A stretch of DNA of 58,922 bases, filler included. It is 5 parts of 5 records of this genome, joined end to end, with 100 filler letters (N's around TTAATTAATTAA, not from the genome) between each part and the next. Parts side by side here need not be neighbours in the genome. Positions count along the whole stretch, not along the records: positions 27,950 to 51,382 come from SRR31147125_59502; 4 more parts are not named here. One strand, 5' to 3'. Both the position numbers and the translations under genes were made by a program. Shown here in pieces: positions 39,728-49,004 of the stretch (within the stretch, counting starts at the first letter, position 1; every line of letters begins with the position of its first letter). Under the pieces are notes generated by a model that saw only the letters and a program-made list of their open reading frames with translations, made no database searches and was not told the origin of the DNA.

Positions 39728-41622
39728 TGAAAATTCGTGTTTACATACTTCTTTCTTGTTTGTCTCTTTTCTCCATTTTAAATGCAGGAGAAAAGGAATT
39801 ACGCGGTGCTTGGGTTGCCTGGGCGGGTACGAATGTCCCGTCCAGAACCCTCATCGTTGAGACAATGGAAGCATTGGCCGATGCCAATTTCAATATTGTC
39901 TATGTTGACGTGTGGCGTTACGGCTACCCGTATTTCCGTTCATCTGTATTTGAAGCGCATACGGGGCTGTATACCGATCCATCAATAGAAACGAATCTTG
40001 CACCTCAAAGGGACGTCCTGGCCGAGATGATCGTAGAAGCTCATCGCGTCGGCTTGGAAGTGGATGCCTGGTTTGAAGCGGGTTTCAATGCCGGAACTTA
40101 TACCAGCTCACCTATTTATCAGGCGCATCCGGAATGGCTGGCCCGAACTCAAAGCGGGGCTGTGGCTAATTATGGACAAGCGGGGCCCTCCTGCATACAT
40201 GTGTTACCGGAAGTACAGAATTTCTTGATAGAATTAACACAGGAAGTCGTTCAAAATTACGATATTGACGGAGTGGAATTCGATCGCGTGCGCTACCCGC
40301 AGCTTGATTGCGGTTATGATGATTTTACAAAAGAACTTTATAAAGCAGAAAAAGGCAGCTATCCGCCCACATCGGTTTCGAATTCGACCTGGATACGCTG
40401 GAGAGCGGATAAATTAACCGAATTCGTTGCCGAAATGTACGATAGCATTAAAATGCTTAACCCTGATATAACTGTCAGTAATGCGCCCTTACCCTGGGGT
40501 TATGAACAGTTTTGCCAGGATTATGCACCTTGGATAGACGATGGTTATCTTGATATTGTCACTCCGCAGATGTATTTGACAAATAATACTGATTTTACCT
40601 GGCGCATGAATAACGAATTGGCAAAAATCTCCCGAGATTCTCTGATGTATCCGGGTATTTCCTGCGTTGCGAACGGTAATTCAATACAACCCTCTGAAAT
40701 GGTTGCGCAGATCAATACGAGCAGAAATGCCGGATTGGGTGGCATTGTGGTCTGGTATCATGCCGAATTGATGTATAACTCGAATAATTATCTGGATTAT
40801 TTAAAAGCGAATGTTTTCCAAAATAAAGCTAAGTTACCTTATCGTCCCGAAAACTGGCGTCCCGAAGCGATCATCATTGATATCGACAGTTCACTCGTAA
40901 GCTGGTCGGGCTCCTGGGATAAATACGATGGTACAAATGTTTATGATTACTTTAATGATTCTCATTGTTACATCATTCCTGCCGGAACAAGAGACGCTTA
41001 TGTGAAATATGCAGCCGATATCCCGGAAACGGGTTGGTATACTGTTTATTCCTTCCAGAATATCCCCAAGAGCATGGCCTCAGGCAGTGATATGAGCTAT
41101 TTCACCGTCCATTCGGACAATGGTGATAGTACGGGAAGCATTAATCAAAAAACGGCCGGAAATGCAGGTCGCTGGGAAGATTTGGGCGATCATTATTTTG
41201 AGGCCGGAAGCTCTAAAGATATTCTAACGATCGAACCACCCGTCAGTGGCAGTGGATATACATTCGCCGACGCCATGATGCTGGTCAGATCAAGAAATCC
41301 CTTTCATGGTGAGAAATACGTTTATACGTCTTTAGACGATGAGATCGATCTGCCTAAAAGCTCATATTTAGAACAAAATTATCCAAACCCATTCAATCCG
41401 AATTCAACCATCAATTTTCAACTTTCAACAGATGCTGCAGTTGAATTGATAGTTTTTGACCTTAAGGGAAGAAAAATAAAAACATTATCCGATAAATATT
41501 TATCAGCCGGTAGATATAGCTTTCAATTCAATGGCAGCGATATTACCAGCGGAATATATATCTATACATTAAAAATTAACGGCAAAACAGTCGATATGAA
41601 AAAAATGACACTGGTGAAATAA
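39727..41622 (+). CDS. GHL10 (YddW/DigH-like) glycoside hydrolase + golvesin-like beta domain + C-terminal sorting domain
   Basis: ELRGAW, 'AH..GLEV.AWFE', 'HPEW', 'YDIDGVEFD..RYP', 'QD...W..DG..D...PQMY'; 'W.DLG...F', 'ADAM'; C-terminal 'QNYPNPFNP'. Confidence 0.85.
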   Translation: MKIRVYILLSCLSLFSILNAGEKELRGAWVAWAGTNVPSRTLIVETMEALADANFNIVYVDVWRYGYPYFRSSVFEAHTGLYTDPSIETNLAPQRDVLAEMIVEAHRVGLEVDAWFEAGFNAGTYTSSPIYQAHPEWLARTQSGAVANYGQAGPSCIHVLPEVQNFLIELTQEVVQNYDIDGVEFDRVRYPQLDCGYDDFTKELYKAEKGSYPPTSVSNSTWIRWRADKLTEFVAEMYDSIKMLNPDITVSNAPLPWGYEQFCQDYAPWIDDGYLDIVTPQMYLTNNTDFTWRMNNELAKISRDSLMYPGISCVANGNSIQPSEMVAQINTSRNAGLGGIVVWYHAELMYNSNNYLDYLKANVFQNKAKLPYRPENWRPEAIIIDIDSSLVSWSGSWDKYDGTNVYDYFNDSHCYIIPAGTRDAYVKYAADIPETGWYTVYSFQNIPKSMASGSDMSYFTVHSDNGDSTGSINQKTAGNAGRWEDLGDHYFEAGSSKDILTIEPPVSGSGYTFADAMMLVRSRNPFHGEKYVYTSLDDEIDLPKSSYLEQNYPNPFNPNSTINFQLSTDAAVELIVFDLKGRKIKTLSDKYLSAGRYSFQFNGSDITSGIYIYTLKINGKTVDMKKMTLVK

Positions 41623-41623
41623 T

Positions 41624-42868
41624 ATGTTATCACGATTCACAGACAATCCGAAACGCGATTGGCGCTTTCTAAAAGAGGTTAATGAGACCAGACTTCTGAA
41701 TTTGATCAGAAAAGTCGACGGCATCTCAAGGACTGAACTTGCAAAAGAGGCGAAAATGTCCAAGACCGCTGTTTCTGAGATCATCAACAGGCTGATAAGT
41801 ACCGGTCTTATCAAAGAAGAGGGAAAAGGGGAGAGCACCTCTCGCGGTGGTAAGCGTCCGACCAAATTATACATCGATCCGGATGGTGGTTTTGTTTTTG
41901 GTGTTCAGATCAAACGAACAAGATCTTCCATAACTTTGGCAGATTGTATGGGCAATGAGGTCTCACGCACGAATATCGAATACGAAGCAAATCCCAAGCT
42001 TGATGAAGCCTTTGAACTTTTAAAGGACTCCATGGACCGTATGATACGTGAGCAAAAAAAGGATATTGACAAACTTATCGGTATTGGTATCGGTGTTCCC
42101 GGTATGGTTGATGCAAAAACAGGTAATCTTATACTGGCTGAAACCCTTGAAGGCTGGGCTGATCAAATATTTGCTGATAGATTTGTTGAACATTTCAATG
42201 CTCCGGTCGTGGTTGAAAATGATATTAATATTCAAACCTGGGGTGAATATCTACTGGGAGCGGGAACTCATCAGGACGATATGATCCTGGTACATATCGG
42301 TGACGGTATCGGAGCCGGTATTATTGAAAACGAAGTGCTTGTCCGCGGCATTATGGGCGGATCCGGTGAGATCGGATACCTTAGTTTAAAGCCATATAAA
42401 AGTATTCTAAAAGATAATGTATTCTTTCATCCCAAACAGGAATATGTTGGTCAATTATTCTCAAGGATCAACACAGTAAAAGCATTCGAAAGAGCTTATA
42501 ATGAGATGAATATGAAAGCTCCTTCAAGCTTCGAAATTAAAAATCTTAAAGCATTATTTGCTCAAGCTGATCTGGGTGACGAAGCATCCAGAAAAGTGAT
42601 AAACGATATGACCATTATGCTGGCTGTATTATGTTCGAACATGATCATTATGTTGAATTCATCCATGCTGGTCATATCGGGATCAGAATTCAATTATTCG
42701 CAATATTTTTTACAGAAGCTACAAGAAGAGATAAACGAATACATAGCAGTTACTCCATTGCAGAGATCGACCAAGATCGTTTACGGTCAGTTGAACTCTG
42801 AAGCGGCTTTAAAGGGTGCCGTTTCGCTTGCATTGGATATACTGTATAAACCGTTTATAAGAAAATAA
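41624..42868 (+). CDS. ROK family transcriptional repressor
   Basis: HTH 'ISRTELAK...MSKTAVS.II..L', 'GGKRP', 'GIGIGVPG.V', 'END.N', 'GIGAG', 'GEIGY'. Confidence 0.92.
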   Translation: MLSRFTDNPKRDWRFLKEVNETRLLNLIRKVDGISRTELAKEAKMSKTAVSEIINRLISTGLIKEEGKGESTSRGGKRPTKLYIDPDGGFVFGVQIKRTRSSITLADCMGNEVSRTNIEYEANPKLDEAFELLKDSMDRMIREQKKDIDKLIGIGIGVPGMVDAKTGNLILAETLEGWADQIFADRFVEHFNAPVVVENDINIQTWGEYLLGAGTHQDDMILVHIGDGIGAGIIENEVLVRGIMGGSGEIGYLSLKPYKSILKDNVFFHPKQEYVGQLFSRINTVKAFERAYNEMNMKAPSSFEIKNLKALFAQADLGDEASRKVINDMTIMLAVLCSNMIIMLNSSMLVISGSEFNYSQYFLQKLQEEINEYIAVTPLQRSTKIVYGQLNSEAALKGAVSLALDILYKPFIRK

Positions 42869-42893
42869 ACAGTAGAAAAGGAGGAGTTTAGAG

Positions 42894-45800
42894 ATGAAAA
42901 AACTCATGTTGACAATCCTGGCTTTACTGATGACCTTTTCCGCGTTCGGTGCTGTAGAGACCACGCTTTGGGAAAAGTGCGCAGTCGAGTCAACGCTACC
43001 CGGCTGGTTTGATACCGGTCATTTGACCCGCGGATTCGCCTACGGTCAGATTGACGGTGAAGACAGACTGGTAGTTGTTTCTCGTAATGGTGGTAACAAT
43101 CTATTTGTTCTGGACGCTGCAAACGGCGATTCATTGAGCAGATTGGACCCCTACGGCATCACCGGTGGTACTTACCACATTTCTGATGCTGCGATCTCCG
43201 AAGACGGTGACGTCTATGTTTGTAACCTTGCCTTAAACACAACGTTAAAGGTTTACAAATATGAATCTGCCGATGACACGGCTGAAGTTGCGATCTCTCA
43301 TCTTACCACAGGACGCTTGGGAGATAAAATGTCAGTCTACGGCTCAAAAGTCGATAATTCACTGACATTATTATTTGCTGATTCAAATAATCCTCAAGTG
43401 GTTCGTTTTACAACAGCAGATAACGGTGCTACATTTGTAGCCGATACGATCGCAGTTGATAATAATGGTGGGTCAGCTTCAGCGGCATTGAATGATGGCA
43501 CAGCCATGTATCATAACAGCTCCGGTAATTACTTGAAACGTTATGACGGCGCCAGTTCATCCGTTATTTCAGGTGGAACATTGGGAACAGGCACGAATGC
43601 CACTGAATATATTTTTACCGACAGTGATAATAATGAATACGTCGCAGCTTACCAATACGGTACAGGTAATGAAAATGCACGCATTCTTAAGGTCCCGAAC
43701 GGCGACCTGGCAGAAGCCTCAACATATTATGTTACATCTACTCTTGGATTGAATGGAAATGCCAATGGTGCAGGTGATGTAGCGGTTAAAGATAACGGCG
43801 ACGGCACTTATACCGTATTTGTCCTTTCCTGTAATAACGGATTGGGTGCATATAAATTTGAATTCCCCGTTCCTCCGGTCGATCCGGTCAATATGACCCA
43901 GGTATGGGATGTATGGGGTGATGAATATTCTTTCTTCCTCTCAAGTGGCGATGCTGCCCGCGGTATGGGTTACAACCCTGTGAACGAACATGTTTACATT
44001 GCATCCCGTGCCGGTGGTGCTTATGTGCACGTATTTGAAGACGGCGTTGCCATTGATACGCTGGATATGACAGGTGTAACAGGTGGTTTTTACGGTATTT
44101 CTTTAATGAAAGCCGATGCAGCCGATGATGGCAAGATCTATGCTTGTAACCTGGCCAGCGGTGGCGACTTTAAGGTCTATCAATGGGCAGACGAAGCATC
44201 AGCTCCGACGGTTGCCGTGCAACTTGCTGTAACATCAAGATTTGGTGATGTTTTGGAAGTGAGCGGAAGTGGAGTTGATACCAAGATCTACGCGTCCGCC
44301 CGCGGTGGAACAGAGATCAAGGTTTTTGGAACTTCAGACGGTTTAACTTTTATCGAAGAACAATCCATTCCCATTGCAGCAGCAGCTGCAGACGGTGGTA
44401 TCTCTGTGGTTGATGAAAGCATGCTTTGGGTCAATGCGGCATGGAAAGACATGACCCTGATCGATACGGCCGGTACGGTTTTGGCAACTATGGATCTTCC
44501 CGAAAGCTATTACGGAAGCGTTCAGTACATGGAAGCGGCAAATGGTGCAAAACTGCTGGCAACAAATACCAATCATTCTGCAGGAAACCGCAGAAAAGTT
44601 GAAGTTTACGACATTACCGATGCTGCAAATCCCTCTTTATGGGCAAGCGCTGAAATGGGTAATATAGAAAAAGGTAACGGAAACGTTGCAGGAAACCTGA
44701 AATATGATCTAAATGATGATGGAACGATCGCCTTGTATCAGATGGCAACGAACAATGCTATTGTTGCCTGGACACTCGAAGTTCCCGAAGTTATTGAAAT
44801 TACAGATATTGCGGATGTTAAAGCCGATCTCGATGGTGATTACGTACCGGATATGCTGGACTCAGCTGTGACAGTACGCGGTATTGTTTACACACCTTCT
44901 TATGTTGGTGGAACCAGCGTTTATATTATGGACGAAACGGGCGGTACTAATATCTTTAATTATTCAGCCGTTACCGGTGTTGCCAAAGGTGATCTGATCC
45001 AAGTGAGTGGAACAGTTGATCATTATCGTGGTCTTACTGAAGTTGCTTTTTCTGCAGTTGAAGATGTGACTGTGCTTTCTTCAGAAAATCCTATCATGCC
45101 AACAGTAGTTACATTGGCTGAAATTGGTGAAGCGATTGAAGGTAATTACGTAAAAGTTGAAAAAGTCAAACTTGTCGATGCCTCACAATGGCCTGATGAA
45201 GGCTCATCAGCCAATGTTGATGTTACCGATGGGGTTGATACGGTTACATTCCGTATCGACAGTGATACCGATCTTGACGGACAGGCTGCTCCCACATGGG
45301 AATTTGACCTTGTCGGTGCCGTTTCTCAGTTCACATACTCTGATCCGGCCGATGACGGTTATCAAATTTTGGCAACATTCTATGACGAATTGGTCATGTA
45401 TTCACCCGTTCTTGATGAATTGGATGAAAACTTCGAATCCTGGACTGAATTAAGCAATGCCTGGGAATTTGAGAACATTCGTCTGGCAAATGATGCCTAT
45501 GCACTTGAAGGCACAGGCAAATATCTTGGATTAGCAAATCTTGATTCTGCAGGTATGGTAAAAACACCGTATATCAAAGATCCTAAACAATTGCGATACT
45601 ACATGTCCGAACATACCGGAGGATCCGACGTTTGGAATATGACCGTTCTTCTGGTAGATGAATCAGACATGGTTGTTGATACGCTTGACGAATGGGGCGC
45701 ACCGGGAGATTTCAACTGGCACCTGAGTGTTGTTGATATTGATATGGTCGGTAACTATGCGATCATGTTTGTTGGTGCACCTGTCGTTTCAGGTTCATTC

Positions 45801-47399
45801 TATCTTGATCAGATCTCAGTTAAACCGGCTCCTGCAGTAGCAGAAATTTCTCCGGCTTCTGTAGATTTCGATGTAGTTGATGTCAATACCAGTGCCTATG
45901 CAACTGTCTATTTAAAGAATGTTGCTCCAGTTGGCGCCGAAGATCTAATGGTCGACAGTCTTGGATTAGGCAATGATAAATTTACAGCGATGATCGATAC
46001 AAACATTGTCCCGGCCGGTGATTCAACCGCAATTACAATTATGTATACGCCTACCAATGAATCTGAAGATAATGATATCATGAGTGTTTGGTACGGTGAT
46101 GATATGCATGGAATGGTTGGTCTTTCAGGTAGCGGTAATATCGTATGGCCACTGCAGTGGCGAGTACATGCCAATGCAGACTGGATGGGTCAAAGTGCCA
46201 ATGCACCGCGTACCATGGCATACAGTGCAAAAACAGGTAATCTATACTTTGTTGCGCATCCTAATGGCTATGGTGATTTCATTAAAGCTGTTTCTACCGA
46301 TAGTGGAACGGTTGTTAAAGACCTGAATATGCTAAGTCCTTTACCAAGCGCCGGTTATCTTAAGATCAATGCTGTTGCGGCAACGGATGACGGTCAGATC
46401 TTTACATGTAATTTATCATCTGGTTCAACTTTCAACCTCTTCAGAAATGCAAATGAAGATGCAGATATGAACCTTGCATATAGTGGCGCCGGTATTCCTA
46501 TTCGTGTTGGAGATGCTTTGGCAGCCAGTGGTGAAGGTGTGAATACAAAGGTTTATGTATCAGGTACAGGTGCCGGATATATTTATGTATTGAACACAAG
46601 CGATGGTGAAAACTATGCATTGGCAGATAGTGTTGCTATTACTGCCGGTGCCGCTTCACGCGCAATTGCTCCGGTACAAAACGGTGCTTATTTCTTTATC
46701 AATGGTACAGGTTCTGCTCCGATGTATGTGAAAGCTGATGGAACTGTTCTCTATACATTCGATACAGGTGTTGTACCTTCAGGTACAGCGATCAACTATT
46801 TTGAAGTTGAAGTTGCTGCGGGTATGCGTCGTTTTGTTGGAATTACAAATGCATGGAGTTCGGGAACCAAAGTTGTTGAACTTCTTGGCACACCCGGTGA
46901 CGGTCTATGCTCATCAGTTGAAGTTATCAATGCTCCAACAGACACTTATAATGAACATGCAAACGGGAATGCTACCGGCATGGCGATCTATGATGTTTAC
47001 AAACACTCTGTAGTCGAATTGATCACAAATAATGGTGTTTCATCATACAGCCTTGCTGAGATCGAATCCTCACCGATCATTCCGGAAAAGGATACGACGG
47101 CAATTGCAGACGGTATGCCGACTGAATTCCAACTGCATCAGAACTATCCTAATCCTTTTAACCCGACAACCACCATCCGCTTCGACTTGCCGGAAGATCT
47201 TAAAGTTAATTTAGCGATCTACGACATCAGCGGACGTAAGATCAGAACTTTGATCAACGAAAACGTGACCGCAGGTTACAACCAGGTCGTCTGGAACGGT
47301 ATGGATAGAAACGGAAATCCTGTCTCAACCGGTATGTATATTTACAAACTGCAAGCCGGCGACATGATCGACGTGAAAAAGATGACTTTCTTGAAATAA
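42894..47399 (+). CDS. Large secreted protein: three DUF4623-like propellers, OB-fold region, Ig-like domain, C-terminal sorting/FlgD-like domain
   Basis: Signal peptide; three repeats opening RGFAY/RGMGY/RTMAY with CNL and GD motifs; 'VTVRGIV...GD.IQVSGTVDHYRGLTEV'; C-terminal 'QNYPNPFNP...KKMTFLK'. Confidence 0.78.
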   Translation: MKKLMLTILALLMTFSAFGAVETTLWEKCAVESTLPGWFDTGHLTRGFAYGQIDGEDRLVVVSRNGGNNLFVLDAANGDSLSRLDPYGITGGTYHISDAAISEDGDVYVCNLALNTTLKVYKYESADDTAEVAISHLTTGRLGDKMSVYGSKVDNSLTLLFADSNNPQVVRFTTADNGATFVADTIAVDNNGGSASAALNDGTAMYHNSSGNYLKRYDGASSSVISGGTLGTGTNATEYIFTDSDNNEYVAAYQYGTGNENARILKVPNGDLAEASTYYVTSTLGLNGNANGAGDVAVKDNGDGTYTVFVLSCNNGLGAYKFEFPVPPVDPVNMTQVWDVWGDEYSFFLSSGDAARGMGYNPVNEHVYIASRAGGAYVHVFEDGVAIDTLDMTGVTGGFYGISLMKADAADDGKIYACNLASGGDFKVYQWADEASAPTVAVQLAVTSRFGDVLEVSGSGVDTKIYASARGGTEIKVFGTSDGLTFIEEQSIPIAAAAADGGISVVDESMLWVNAAWKDMTLIDTAGTVLATMDLPESYYGSVQYMEAANGAKLLATNTNHSAGNRRKVEVYDITDAANPSLWASAEMGNIEKGNGNVAGNLKYDLNDDGTIALYQMATNNAIVAWTLEVPEVIEITDIADVKADLDGDYVPDMLDSAVTVRGIVYTPSYVGGTSVYIMDETGGTNIFNYSAVTGVAKGDLIQVSGTVDHYRGLTEVAFSAVEDVTVLSSENPIMPTVVTLAEIGEAIEGNYVKVEKVKLVDASQWPDEGSSANVDVTDGVDTVTFRIDSDTDLDGQAAPTWEFDLVGAVSQFTYSDPADDGYQILATFYDELVMYSPVLDELDENFESWTELSNAWEFENIRLANDAYALEGTGKYLGLANLDSAGMVKTPYIKDPKQLRYYMSEHTGGSDVWNMTVLLVDESDMVVDTLDEWGAPGDFNWHLSVVDIDMVGNYAIMFVGAPVVSGSFYLDQISVKPAPAVAEISPASVDFDVVDVNTSAYATVYLKNVAPVGAEDLMVDSLGLGNDKFTAMIDTNIVPAGDSTAITIMYTPTNESEDNDIMSVWYGDDMHGMVGLSGSGNIVWPLQWRVHANADWMGQSANAPRTMAYSAKTGNLYFVAHPNGYGDFIKAVSTDSGTVVKDLNMLSPLPSAGYLKINAVAATDDGQIFTCNLSSGSTFNLFRNANEDADMNLAYSGAGIPIRVGDALAASGEGVNTKVYVSGTGAGYIYVLNTSDGENYALADSVAITAGAASRAIAPVQNGAYFFINGTGSAPMYVKADGTVLYTFDTGVVPSGTAINYFEVEVAAGMRRFVGITNAWSSGTKVVELLGTPGDGLCSSVEVINAPTDTYNEHANGNATGMAIYDVYKHSVVELITNNGVSSYSLAEIESSPIIPEKDTTAIADGMPTEFQLHQNYPNPFNPTTTIRFDLPEDLKVNLAIYDISGRKIRTLINENVTAGYNQVVWNGMDRNGNPVSTGMYIYKLQAGDMIDVKKMTFLK

Positions 47400-47422
47400 A
47401 AGCACTTCTCATCTTTTGATAG

Positions 47423-47459
47423 AAAGATCCGGTAGGTACTTGTGCCTGCCGGGTCTTTT
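47423..47459 (+). terminator. Rho-independent terminator/attenuator inside the locus
   Basis: AAAGATCCGGTAGGTAC-TT-GTGCCTGCCGGGTCTTTT stem with G-U pairs and a T-tail. Confidence 0.72.
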
Positions 47460-47516
47460 CTTTAACTTAATTACTGACCACAAGTAAACAAACAATTCAC
47501 ACAAAGTGAAGGTTTT

Positions 47517-48989
47517 ATGGAAACGCTACAAATTATTGTCTTTATCGTGATCTTTTTTGCCATGGCGGCTGCAATGTTTACCAGAAAGCTGCCTGCATTG
47601 CTTGCTTTACCTTTAATGGCATTTCTGATCGCTATGGTCGGCGGCGTTTCATTTCAGGATACTTTAAGCCTTGTAGTGGGGAAGGGTGTCCTGCGACTTC
47701 ACTCAGCCTATGTTATTGCTATTTTCGGTTCCATGCTGTCGGTTTTGATGCAAAAAACCAAAGTGGCGGAGAACTTAATTAAAAAGGGAGCCGAACTATC
47801 GGGAGATAATCCCTGGACCATCGCGGTCATTTTCTTGGCATTGATCGCTTTACTGTTTACATCGCTTGGCGGATTGGGTGCTATAATTATGGTTGCAACC
47901 ATTGCCTTGCCGATCATGATCTCAGTTGGAATGGGTCCCCTTACTGTTATTGGGATCTTCCTTTTCGGCCTTTCCATGGGCGGTATTCTGAATGCAGGCA
48001 ATTGGGCTTTGTATATTACCGTACTTGACCTGGAAGTCGAACAGATCCGTACTTTTGCTCTGATCATGTTCGCCATCCTGTTCATAACCTCCTTGTTTTA
48101 TATCACCATTCAGCTTTATCGCGATGGACATGATCTGAAATTTAAAAAGATCATTATGTATTCACTAATTTTTGTGCTTGTTGCAACGGGACTTTATTTG
48201 CTCTGGAACGTTCTTCCTTTTGAATTAAAGGATGGAGTTTCAAGTGTTTTTGCTTTTATAGGAAAAGGAATTAAATTTCTCATCCTTGGCGCTATTGTAT
48301 TAGCGGTTTTATCTAATTTACTCAGGATCATCAGGAAGAATTTTGACAAAGAAAATCTACATTTTTCAGCTTATTTTACGCCTTTAGTACCTCTTTTCTT
48401 GATCTTGCTCTTTAACCTTGATTTTGTTGCCGCATTTATTTGCGGATTGATATATGGATTTCTGGCGACTTACAAAAAGGGTGCCATGAACACACTTTTA
48501 CGCTCGGTCTTTGAGGGTGGAACGGTGGCCATGCCGGCAGTTATTTTGATGATGGGAATTGGTATGCTATTGAACGCCATTATCGGACCGGGTGGAGATA
48601 TTTCCACCCTTTATCCAGAAGGCTGGCCTGTTTTGACACTATTGAAACCTGTGATGACATCTCTGGTACCCGGAAACGGCTTTATGTACGTGCTCATCTT
48701 TACCTTGGCGGCTCCTTTGGCACTCTACAGAGGTCCATTGAATCCCTGGGGTATGGGTTACGGTATTGCGGCGGTCTTTCTGGCAGCCGGTATGCCCGGA
48801 GCGGCTATTATGGGACTGCTGATGTCAGTTGGAATGGTGCAGGGAGTCTCAGATCCGACCAATACTCATAACGTATGGCTTGCCAATGAAATGCAAGTGG
48901 ACGTTCAAAAGGTCATGTGGAATACCCTGCCTTATACTATTGTTGTTGCTTTTATCGGACTGACCATCGCGTCGGTCATGTTCTATTAA
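47517..48989 (+). CDS. Inner-membrane permease (GntP/CitM-like ion-transporter superfamily)
   Basis: Many TM segments; 'GLGAIIMVATIALPI', 'APLALYRGPLNPWGMG.G', 'DPTNTHNVW'. Confidence 0.8.
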   Translation: METLQIIVFIVIFFAMAAAMFTRKLPALLALPLMAFLIAMVGGVSFQDTLSLVVGKGVLRLHSAYVIAIFGSMLSVLMQKTKVAENLIKKGAELSGDNPWTIAVIFLALIALLFTSLGGLGAIIMVATIALPIMISVGMGPLTVIGIFLFGLSMGGILNAGNWALYITVLDLEVEQIRTFALIMFAILFITSLFYITIQLYRDGHDLKFKKIIMYSLIFVLVATGLYLLWNVLPFELKDGVSSVFAFIGKGIKFLILGAIVLAVLSNLLRIIRKNFDKENLHFSAYFTPLVPLFLILLFNLDFVAAFICGLIYGFLATYKKGAMNTLLRSVFEGGTVAMPAVILMMGIGMLLNAIIGPGGDISTLYPEGWPVLTLLKPVMTSLVPGNGFMYVLIFTLAAPLALYRGPLNPWGMGYGIAAVFLAAGMPGAAIMGLLMSVGMVQGVSDPTNTHNVWLANEMQVDVQKVMWNTLPYTIVVAFIGLTIASVMFY

Positions 48990-49004
48990 AATACGGATAA
49001 ATTC

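Noticed and set aside
47471-47495. Second ROK operator before the permease
   Set aside because: Only an AACAAACAA half-site-like match; the dyad is not convincing
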